Shown here: positions 1-12,400 of the stretch, in pieces
How positions within the stretch are numbered: position 1 is the stretch's first letter
Layout of the letters: every line of letters starts with the position of its first letter
Notes under the pieces: model-generated
Seen by the model: only the letters and a program-made list of their open reading frames with translations
Database searches by the model: none
What the model was told of the DNA's origin: nothing
Origin: the human T2T-CHM13v2.0 reference genome, Homo sapiens
DNA length: 64,000 nucleotides
Direction: 5' to 3' (one strand)
NCBI RefSeq assembly: GCF_009914755.1
Contig: NC_060939.1
Position numbers and translations under genes: made by a program

Positions 1-3000
1 TTCCTTTCGTTTCCATTCCATTTGATGCCATTCCATTCAATTCTGTTCTACTCGACTCCAATACATTCAATTCCATTCCATCCGATTCCATTACATTCTT
101 TTCATTTCTTATCCATTTCAAGCCATTCCATTCCATTCCATTCCATTCCACTCGTTTCCTTTCCATTCGAGTCCATTCCACTCCAGTCCATTCCATTCGA
201 ATCCATTTCACTCCAGTCCATTCCATTCGAATCCATTTCACTCCAGTCCATTAAATTCGAGTACATTCCATTCCATTCTATTCAATGCCATTCCATTCGA
301 TTCTATTCCATTCGACACCATTCCTTTCCATTCCGTTCCATCCGATTCCATTCCATTGTATTCCATTCAATTCCATTCCATTGCATTCCATTCGTTTCCA
401 TTCCATTCGAATTCATTCCACTCAAGTCCATTCCATTCGAGTCCATTCCATTCGATATCATTCCATACTATTGAATTCCATTCTATTCCATTGTTTTCGA
501 ATAAATTCCAACCGAGACCATTCCTTTCGTGTCCATTCTATTTGACTGCATTCCATTTGAGTCCATTAAATTTCTGCACATTCCATTCCTTTCCATTCCA
601 TTCCATTCCATTCCTTTCGGTGCCATTCCATTCCACTCTAATCCATTCAAGTCCATTCCATTTGAGTCCATTCCATTGATTCGATGCCATTACATTCAAT
701 TCTATTCCATTCGACTCCATTGCATTCCATTCCCTTCCAAACGATTCCATTCCATTCTATTACTTTCTATTCCAATCCATTCCATTCCGTTCCATTCGTT
801 TCCATTCCATTCGAGTCCACTCCATTCCAGTCCATTCCATTCGATTCCATTCCATTCCAGTCCATTCCATTCAAGTCCATTCCACTGCATTCCATTCCAT
901 TCGATATCCTTCGATAACACCCCATTCCATTCTGCTCCTTAATATTCAATTCAATTCCATTCCATTTGATTCCATTCCATTTGATTACATTCCATTCGAC
1001 TCCATTCCATTCGACTCTATTCCATTCGAGTCCATTCCATTCCATTCCATTGCATTCCGTTCGAATCCCTATTCCATTCCATTTTGTTACTGTCCATTCC
1101 ATTTGAGTCCATTCCATGACAAACCATTCCATTCGATTCCATTCCAATAGATTCCATTGCACTCGAATCCAGTGCGTTCCATTCCATTGCTTTCCATTCT
1201 ATTACATTCCATTGCATTACATTCCATTCCATTTGATTGCATTCCATTCAATTCCATTAATTTCGAATCAATTACATTGCAATCCATTGCATTCGTGTTC
1301 TATTCCAGTCCATTGCATTCCGGCGCATGCCGTTCCATTCCATTCCATTCGCTTCCGTTCCATTCGAATCGATTGCATTGCAATGCTTTACATTCGAGTC
1401 CGTTTTATTCCAGTCCAATCCATTCCGGTCCATTCCGTTCGATTCCATTCCATTCGATGCCACTCCATACTATTGTATTTCATTCGATTCCATTCTATTC
1501 AAATAAATTCCATTCGAGACCATTCCTTTCGAGTCCATTCTATTTGAGTCCATTCCATTCGAGTCCATTATATTTGGGTCCATTCCATTCAATTCCATTG
1601 CAATCCATTCCATTCGATGTCACTCCATTCATTTCTATTCCATTAGAGTCCATGTCATTCGAGTCCATTCCATTCTATTCTATTCCACTCCATTCCATTC
1701 CATTCCACTCCATTCCATTCGTTGCCGTTCCATTCAATTCTATTATATTCCACTCCATTTACTTCCATTCCATTCCATTCCATTCCATTCTATCCAATTC
1801 CGTTCCATTCTATTCCTTTAAAGTCCATTCCATTCCATTCCATTCGTTTCCATTCCATTCGAGTAAAGTCCACTCCAGTCCTTTCCATTCGAGTCCATTC
1901 CTCTCCAGTCCATTCCGTTCAATCCATTCCATTCCAGTCCATTCCATTCGAGTCAATTCCATTCCATTCGATATCTTTCCATAACGATCCATTCCATTCT
2001 ATTCCTTTCGATTCCATTCAATTCCATTCTTTCTATTTCATTCCATTCGATTCCCTTCCATTGGACTCCTTTCCATTCGAGTGCATTCCATTCCGTTCCA
2101 TTTCTTTCTGTTCTGTATGATTCCTACCGTTCGATTTCATTTTGTTCCAGTCTATTCCTTTCAAGTGCATTCCATTCCATTTCACTCCATTCGATTCCAT
2201 TCCACTCGATTCCACTCCGTTCCATTTCACTGCATTCCATTCTATTCAATTCTATTGCATTCCATTCCATTCCATTTGATTACATTCCATGCGATTCCAT
2301 TCGAATTCGAATCAATTACATTGAAATCCATTACTATTGAGTCCGTTTTATTCCAGTCCACTCCATTCTGCTCCATTCCATTTGATTCCATTCCATTCTA
2401 TTCCATTCCGTACAGTTGCATTCCATTGGATTCCATTCTATATCTATAAATGCAACTTGAGACCATTGCTTTTGAGTCCATTCTATATGATTCCATTCCA
2501 TTCAAGTCCATTACATTTGGTTCAATTCCATTCCATTCCATTCCCTTCCATTCCATTCCATTTGATATCAATCCATACGATTCCATTCCATTCGAGCACA
2601 TTCCATTCGAGTCCATTCCATTCGATGCCATTCCATTTGATTCTATTCCATTAGACTCCATTCAATTCCATTAATCTCCATTCCATTCCATTCTACTCCA
2701 ACTGATTCCATTCCATTCTATTCCTTTCCATTCCATTCCATTCCATTCCATTCGCTTCCATTCCATTCGTGTCCATTCCACTCCAGTCCATTCCATTCGT
2801 GTCCATTCCATTCCAGTCCATTCCATTTGTGTCCACTGCATTCCATTCCACTCCATTCCATATTATTCCATTACACTCCATTCCATTCTATTACTTTCAT
2901 TTCCATTCAGTTCCATTCCATTTGATTCCATTCCACTCGGTTTCACTCCATTTGAGTCCATTCCATTCCATTCCATTCCATTCCATTCCATTCTGTTCCA

Positions 3001-3445
3001 TTCCATTCCATTCCATTCCATTGGGTACCATTCCATATTGTTCCATTCGATTCCATTCGAATCCATTCCATTCCAGTCCATTCCATTCGATTCCATTCCA
3101 TTCCATTCGATTCCACTTGATTCCACTCCATTCCCTTCCACTGCATTCCATTCGATTCCATTCCATTGCATTGCATTCCATTCCATTGGATTGCATTCCA
3201 TTCGATTCCATTCCATTCGAATCAATTACATAGCAATCCATTACATTCGAGTCTGTTCTATTCCGTTCCATTCGATTTCGTTCCAATCCATTCGATTCCA
3301 TTCCATTCGATTCCATTCCATACTATTGCATTCCATTCGATTAAATTATACTCGAATAAATTCCATTCAAGACCATTTCTGTTGAGTCCATTCTACTTGA
3401 GTCCATTCCCTTTGATTCCATAACATTTGAGTCCATTCAATTCCA
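1..3445 (+). repeat. Satellite unit 1 (3445 bp; lacks one 30-bp internal copy near 1930)
   Basis: Unit phase is set arbitrarily at TTCCTTTCGTTTCC; the marker ORF 'MMPFHSILFY' recurs at 22 and 3467. Confidence 0.9.
181..250 (+). repeat. Internal 30-bp tandem duplication (CTCCAGTCCATTCCATTCGAATCCATTTCA x2.3), shown for unit 1
   Basis: Exact 30-bp repeat read directly; unit 6 has one fewer copy. Confidence 0.9.
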
Positions 3446-6400
3446 TTCCTTTCGTTTCCATTCCATTTGATGCCATTCCATTCAATTCTGTTCTACTCGA
3501 CTCCAATACATTCAATTCCATTCCATCCGATTCCATTACATTCTTTTCATTTCTTATCCATTTCAAGCCATTCCATTCCATTCCATTCCATTCCACTCGT
3601 TTGCTTTCCATTCGAGTCCATTCCACTCCAGTCCATTCCATTCGAATCCATTTCACTCCAGTCCATTCCATTCGAATCCATTTCACTCCAGTCCATTAAA
3701 TTCGAGTACATTCCATTCCATTCTATTCAATGCCATTCCATTCGATTCTATTCCATTCGACACCATTCCTTTCCATTCCGTTCCATCCGATTCCATTCCA
3801 TTGTATTCCATTCAATTCCATTCCATTGCATTCCATTCGTTTCCATTCCATTCGAATTCATTCCACTCAAGTCCATTCCATTCGAGTCCATTCCATTCGA
3901 TATCATTCCATACTATTGAATTCCATTCGATTCCATTGTTTTCGAATAAATTCCAACCGAGACCATTCCTTTCGTGTCCATTCTATTTGACTGCATTCCA
4001 TTTGAGTCCATTAAATTTCTGCACATTCCATTCCTTTCCATTCCATTCCATTCCATTCCTTTCGGTGCCATTCCATTCCACTCTAATCCATTCAAGTCCA
4101 TTCCATTTGAGTCCATTCCATTGATTCGATGCCATTACATTCAATTCTATTCCATTCGACTCCATTGCATTCCATTCCCTTCCAAACGATTCCATTCCAT
4201 TCTATTACTTTCTATTCCAATCCATTCCATTCCGTTCCATTCGTTTCCATTCCATTCGAGTCCACTCCATTCCAGTCCATTCCATTCGATTCCATTCCAT
4301 TCCAGTCCATTCCATTCAAGTCCATTCCACTGCATTCCATTCCATTCGATATCCTTCGATAACACCCCATTCCATTCTGCTCCTTAATATTCAATTCAAT
4401 TCCATTCCATTTGATTCCATTCCATTTGATTACATTCCATTCGACTCCATTCCATTCGACTCTATTCCATTCGAGTCCATTCCATTCCATTCCATTGCAT
4501 TCCGTTCGAATCCCTATTCCATTCCATTTTGTTACTGTCCATTCCATTTGAGTCCATTCCATGACAAACCATTCCATTCGATTCCATTCCAATAGATTCC
4601 ATTGCACTCGAATCCAGTGCGTTCCATTCCATTGCTTTCCATTCTATTACATTCCATTGCATTACATTCCATTCCATTTGATTGCATTCCATTCAATTCC
4701 ATTAATTTCGAATCAATTACATTGCAATCCATTGCATTCGAGTTCTATTCCAGTCCATTGCATTCCGGCGCATGCCGTTCCATTCCATTCCATTCGCTTC
4801 CGTTCCATTCGAATCGATTGCATTGCAATGCTTTACATTCGAGTCCGTTTTATTCCAGTCCAATCCATTCCGGTCCATTCCGTTCGATTCCATTCCATTC
4901 GATGCCACTCCATACTATTGTATTTCATTCGATTCCATTCTATTCAAATAAATTCCATTCGAGACCATTCCTTTCGAGTCCATTCTATTTGAGTCCATTC
5001 CATTCGAGTCCATTATATTTGGGTCCATTCCATTCAATTCCATTGCAATCCATTCCATTCGATGTCACTCCATTCATTTCTATTCCATTAGAGTCCATGT
5101 CATTCGAGTCCATTCCATTCTATTCTATTCCACTCCATTCCATTCCATTCCACTCCATTCCATTCGTTGCCGTTCCATTCAATTCTATTATATTCCACTC
5201 CATTTACTTCCATTCCATTCCATTCCATTCCATTCTATCCAATTCCGTTCCATTCTATTCCTTTAAAGTCCATTCCATTCCATTCCATTCGTTTCCATTC
5301 CATTCGAGTAAAGTCCACTCCAGTCCTTTCCATTCGAGTCCATTCCTCTCCAGTCCATTCCGTTCAATCCATTCCATTCCAGTCCATTCCATTCGAGTCC
5401 GTTCCATTCCAGTCCATTCCATTCGAGTCAATTCCATTCCATTCGATATCTTTCCATAACGATCCATTCCATTCTATTCCTTTCGATTCCATTCAATTCC
5501 ATTCTTTCTATTTCATTCCATTCGATTCCCTTCCATTGGACTCCTTTCCATTCGAGTGCATTCCATTCCGTTCCATTTCTTTCTGTTCTGTATGATTCCT
5601 ACCGTTCGATTTCATTTTGTTCCAGTCTATTCCTTTCAAGTGCATTCCATTCCATTTCACTCCATTCGATTCCATTCCACTCGATTCCACTCCGTTCCAT
5701 TTCACTGCATTCCATTCTATTCAATTCTATTGCATTCCATTCCATTCCATTTGATTACATTCCATGCGATTCCATTCGAATTCGAATCAATTACATTGAA
5801 ATCCATTACTATTGAGTCCGTTTTATTCCAGTCCACTCCATTCTGCTCCATTCCATTTGATTCCATTCCATTCTATTCCATTCCGTACAGTTGCATTCCA
5901 TTGGATTCCATTCTATATCTATAAATGCAACTTGAGACCATTGCTTTTGAGTCCATTCTATATGATTCCATTCCATTCAAGTCCATTACATTTGGTTCAA
6001 TTCCATTCCATTCCATTCCCTTCCATTCCATTCCATTTGATATCAATCCATACGATTCCATTCCATTCGAGCACATTCCATTCGAGTCCATTCCATTCGA
6101 TGCCATTCCATTTGATTCTATTCCATTAGACTCCATTCCATTCCATTAATCTCCATTCCATTCCATTCTACTCCAACTGATTCCATTCCATTCTATTCCT
6201 TTCCATTCCATTCCATTCCATTCCATTCGCTTCCATTCCATTCGTGTCCATTCCACTCCAGTCCATTCCATTCGTGTCCATTCCATTCCAGTCCATTCCA
6301 TTTGTGTCCACTGCATTCCATTCCACTCCATTCCATATTATTCCATTACACTCCATTCCATTCTATTACTTTCATTTCCATTCAGTTCCATTCCATTTGA

Positions 6401-9400
6401 TTCCATTCCACTCGGTTTCACTCCATTTGAGTCCATTCCATTCCATTCCATTCCATTCCATTCCATTCTGTTCCATTCCATTCCATTCCATTCCATTGGG
6501 TACCATTCCATATTGTTCCATTCGATTCCATTCGAATCCATTCCATTCCAGTCCATTCCATTCGATTCCATTCCATTCCATTCGATTCCACTTGATTCCA
6601 CTCCATTCCCTTCCACTGCATTCCATTCGATTCCATTCCATTGCATTGCATTCCATTCCATTGGATTGCATTCCATTCGATTCCATTCCATTCGAATCAA
6701 TTACATAGCAATCCATTACATTCGAGTCTGTTCTATTCCGTTCCATTCGATTTCGTTCCAATCCATTCGATTCCATTCCATTCGATTCCATTCCATACTA
6801 TTGCATTCCATTCGATTAAATTATACTCGAATAAATTCCATTCAAGACCATTTCTGTTGAGTCCATTCTACTTGAGTCCATTCCCTTTGATTCCATAACA
6901 TTTGAGTCCATTCAATTCCATTCCTTTCGTTTCCATTCCATTTGATGCCATTCCATTCAATTCTGTTCTACTCGACGCCAATACATTCAATTCCATTCCA
7001 TCCGATTCCATTACATTCTTTTCATTTCTTATCCATTTCAAGCCATTCCATTCCATTCCATTCCATTCCACTCGTTTGCTTTCCATTCGAGTCCATTCCA
7101 CTCCAGTCCATTCCATTCGAATCCATTTCACTCCAGTCCATTCCATTCGAATCCATTTCACTCCAGTCCATTAAATTCGAGTACATTCCATTCCATTCTA
7201 TTCAATGCCATTCCATTCGATTCTATTCCATTCGACACCATTCCTTTCCATTCCGTTCCATCCGATTCCATTCCATTGTATTCCATTCAATTCCATTCCA
7301 TTGCATTCCATTCGTTTCCATTCCATTCGAATTCATTCCACTCAAGTCCATTCCATTCGAGTCCATTCCATTCGATATCATTCCATACTATTGAATTCCA
7401 TTCGATTCCATTGTTTTCGAATAAATTCCAACCGAGACCATTCCTTTCGTGTCCATTCTATTTGACTGCATTCCATTTGAGTCCATTAAATTTCTGCACA
7501 TTCCATTCCTTTCCATTCCATTCCATTCCATTCCTTTCGGTGCCATTCCATTCCACTCTAATCCATTCAAGTCCATTCCATTTGAGTCCATTCCATTGAT
7601 TCGATGCCATTACATTCAATTCTATTCCATTCGACTCCATTGCATTCCATTCCCTTCCAAACGATTCCATTCCATTCTATTACTTTCTATTCCAATCCAT
7701 TCCATTCCGTTCCATTCGTTTCCATTCCATTCGAGTCCACTCCATTCCAGTCCATTCCATTCGATTCCATTCCATTCCAGTCCATTCCATTCAAGTCCAT
7801 TCCACTGCATTCCATTCCATTCGATATCCTTCGATAACACCCCATTCCATTCTGCTCCTTAATATTCAATTCAATTCCATTCCATTTGATTCCATTCCAT
7901 TTGATTACATTCCATTCGACTCCATTCCATTCGACTCTATTCCATTCGAGTCCATTCCATTCCATTCCATTGCATTCCGTTCGAATCCCTATTCCATTCC
8001 ATTTTGTTACTGTCCATTCCATTTGAGTCCATTCCATGACAAACCATTCCATTCGATTCCATTCCAATAGATTCCATTGCACTCGAATCCAGTGCGTTCC
8101 ATTCCATTGCTTTCCATTCTATTACATTCCATTGCATTACATTCCATTCCATTTGATTGCATTCCATTCAATTCCATTAATTTCGAATCAATTACATTGC
8201 AATCCATTGCATTCGAGTTCTATTCCAGTCCATTGCATTCCGGCGCATGCCGTTCCATTCCATTCCATTCGCTTCCGTTCCATTCGAATCGATTGCATTG
8301 CAATGCTTTACATTCGAGTCCGTTTTATTCCAGTCCAATCCATTCCGGTCCATTCCGTTCGATTCCATTCCATTCGATGCCACTCCATACTATTGTATTT
8401 CATTCGATTCCATTCTATTCAAATAAATTCCATTCGAGACCATTCCTTTCGAGTCCATTCTATTTGAGTCCATTCCATTCGAGTCCATTATATTTGGGTC
8501 CATTCCATTCAATTCCATTGCAATCCATTCCATTCGATGTCACTCCATTCATTTCTATTCCATTAGAGTCCATGTCATTCGAGTCCATTCCATTCTATTC
8601 TATTCCACTCCATTCCATTCCATTCCACTCCATTCCATTCGTTGCCGTTCCATTCAATTCTATTATATTCCACTCCATTTACTTCCATTCCATTCCATTC
8701 CATTCCATTCTATCCAATTCCGTTCCATTCTATTCCTTTAAAGTCCATTCCATTCCATTCCATTCGTTTCCATTCCATTCGAGTAAAGTCCACTCCAGTC
8801 CTTTCCATTCGAGTCCATTCCTCTCCAGTCCATTCCGTTCAATCCATTCCATTCCAGTCCATTCCATTCGAGTCCGTTCCATTCCAGTCCATTCCATTCG
8901 AGTCAATTCCATTCCATTCGATATCTTTCCATAACGATCCATTCCATTCTATTCCTTTCGATTCCATTCAATTCCATTCTTTCTATTTCATTCCATTCGA
9001 TTCCCTTCCATTGGACTCCTTTCCATTCGAGTGCATTCCATTCCGTTCCATTTCTTTCTGTTCTGTATGATTCCTACCGTTCGATTTCATTTTGTTCCAG
9101 TCTATTCCTTTCAAGTGCATTCCATTCCATTTCACTCCATTCGATTCCATTCCACTCGATTCCACTCCGTTCCATTTCACTGCATTCCATTCTATTCAAT
9201 TCTATTGCATTCCATTCCATTCCATTTGATTACATTCCATGCGATTCCATTCGAATTCGAATCAATTACATTGAAATCCATTACTATTGAGTCCGTTTTA
9301 TTCCAGTCCACTCCATTCTGCTCCATTCCATTTGATTCCATTCCATTCTATTCCATTCCGTACAGTTGCATTCCATTGGATTCCATTCTATATCTATAAA

Positions 9401-12400
9401 TGCAACTTGAGACCATTGCTTTTGAGTCCATTCTATATGATTCCATTCCATTCAAGTCCATTACATTTGGTTCAATTCCATTCCATTCCATTCCCTTCCA
9501 TTCCATTCCATTTGATATCAATCCATACGATTCCATTCCATTCGAGCACATTCCATTCGAGTCCATTCCATTCGATGCCATTCCATTTGATTCTATTCCA
9601 TTAGACTCCATTCAATTCCATTAATCTCCATTCCATTCCATTCTACTCCAACTGATTCCATTCCATTCTATTCCTTTCCATTCCATTCCATTCCATTCCA
9701 TTCGCTTCCATTCCATTCGTGTCCATTCCACTCCAGTCCATTCCATTCGTGTCCATTCCATTCCAGTCCATTCCATTTGTGTCCACTGCATTCCATTCCA
9801 CTCCATTCCATATTATTCCATTACACTCCATTCCATTCTATTACTTTCATTTCCATTCAGTTCCATTCCATTTGATTCCATTCCACTCGGTTTCACTCCA
9901 TTTGAGTCCATTCCATTCCATTCCATTCCATTCCATTCCATTCTGTTCCATTCCATTCCATTCCATTCCATTGGGTACCATTCCATATTGTTCCATTCGA
10001 TTCCATTCGAATCCATTCCATTCCAGTCCATTCCATTCGATTCCATTCCATTCCATTCGATTCCACTTGATTCCACTCCATTCCCTTCCACTGCATTCCA
10101 TTCGATTCCATTCCATTGCATTGCATTCCATTCCATTGGATTGCATTCCATTCGATTCCATTCCATTCGAATCAATTACATAGCAATCCATTACATTCGA
10201 GTCTGTTCTATTCCGTTCCATTCGATTTCGTTCCAATCCATTCGATTCCATTCCATTCGATTCCATTCCATACTATTGCATTCCATTCGATTAAATTATA
10301 CTCGAATAAATTCCATTCAAGACCATTTCTGTTGAGTCCATTCTACTTGAGTCCATTCCCTTTGATTCCATAACATTTGAGTCCATTCAATTCCATTCCT
10401 TTCGTTTCCATTCCATTTGATGCCATTCCATTCAATTCTGTTCTACTCGACTCCAATACATTCAATTCCATTCCATCCGATTCCATTACATTCTTTTCAT
10501 TTCTTATCCATTTCAAGCCATTCCATTCCATTCCATTCCATTCCACTCGTTTGCTTTCCATTCGAGTCCATTCCACTCCAGTCCATTCCATTCGAATCCA
10601 TTTCACTCCAGTCCATTCCATTCGAATCCATTTCACTCCAGTCCATTAAATTCGAGTACATTCCATTCCATTCTATTCAATGCCATTCCATTCGATTCTA
10701 TTCCATTCGACACCATTCCTTTCCATTCCGTTCCATCCGATTCCATTCCATTGTATTCCATTCAATTCCATTCCATTGCATTCCATTCGTTTCCATTCCA
10801 TTCGAATTCATTCCACTCAAGTCCATTCCATTCGAGTCCATTCCATTCGATATCATTCCATACTATTGAATTCCATTCGATTCCATTGTTTTCGAATAAA
10901 TTCCAACCGAGACCATTCCTTTCGTGTCCATTCTATTTGACTGCATTCCATTTGAGTCCATTAAATTTCTGCACATTCCATTCCTTTCCATTCCATTCCA
11001 TTCCATTCCTTTCGGTGCCATTCCATTCCACTCTAATCCATTCAAGTCCATTCCATTTGAGTCCATTCCATTGATTCGATGCCATTACATTCAATTCTAT
11101 TCCATTCGACTCCATTGCATTCCATTCCCTTCCAAACGATTCCATTCCATTCTATTACTTTCTATTCCAATCCATTCCATTCCGTTCCATTCGTTTCCAT
11201 TCCATTCGAGTCCACTCCATTCCAGTCCATTCCATTCGATTCCATTCCATTCCAGTCCATTCCATTCAAGTCCATTCCACTGCATTCCATTCCATTCGAT
11301 ATCCTTCGATAACACCCCATTCCATTCTGCTCCTTAATATTCAATTCAATTCCATTCCATTTGATTCCATTCCATTTGATTACATTCCATTCGACTCCAT
11401 TCCATTCGACTCTATTCCATTCGAGTCCATTCCATTCCATTCCATTGCATTCCGTTCGAATCCCTATTCCATTCCATTTTGTTACTGTCCATTCCATTTG
11501 AGTCCATTCCATGACAAACCATTCCATTCGATTCCATTCCAATAGATTCCATTGCACTCGAATCCAGTGCGTTCCATTCCATTGCTTTCCATTCTATTAC
11601 ATTCCATTGCATTACATTCCATTCCATTTGATTGCATTCCATTCAATTCCATTAATTTCGAATCAATTACATTGCAATCCATTGCATTCGAGTTCTATTC
11701 CAGTCCATTGCATTCCGGCGCATGCCGTTCCATTCCATTCCATTCGCTTCCGTTCCATTCGAATCGATTGCATTGCAATGCTTTACATTCGAGTCCGTTT
11801 TATTCCAGTCCAATCCATTCCGGTCCATTCCGTTCGATTCCATTCCATTCGATGCCACTCCATACTATTGTATTTCATTCGATTCCATTCTATTCAAATA
11901 AATTCCATTCGAGACCATTCCTTTCGAGTCCATTCTATTTGAGTCCATTCCATTCGAGTCCATTATATTTGGGTCCATTCCATTCAATTCCATTGCAATC
12001 CATTCCATTCGATGTCACTCCATTCATTTCTATTCCATTAGAGTCCATGTCATTCGAGTCCATTCCATTCTATTCTATTCCACTCCATTCCATTCCATTC
12101 CACTCCATTCCATTCGTTGCCGTTCCATTCAATTCTATTATATTCCACTCCATTTACTTCCATTCCATTCCATTCCATTCCATTCTATCCAATTCCGTTC
12201 CATTCTATTCCTTTAAAGTCCATTCCATTCCATTCCATTCGTTTCCATTCCATTCGAGTAAAGTCCACTCCAGTCCTTTCCATTCGAGTCCATTCCTCTC
12301 CAGTCCATTCCGTTCAATCCATTCCATTCCAGTCCATTCCATTCGAGTCCGTTCCATTCCAGTCCATTCCATTCGAGTCAATTCCATTCCATTCGATATC

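Noticed and set aside
1257-1275. TAATTTCGAATCA resembling a DUX4 site
   Set aside because: Spacing between TAAT and AATCA is 4 nt rather than the 2 nt of the DUX4 consensus.
1718-1735. TTCGTTG resembling the start of a CENP-B box
   Set aside because: The rest of the box (A..CGGG) is absent, and the sequence is not alpha satellite.
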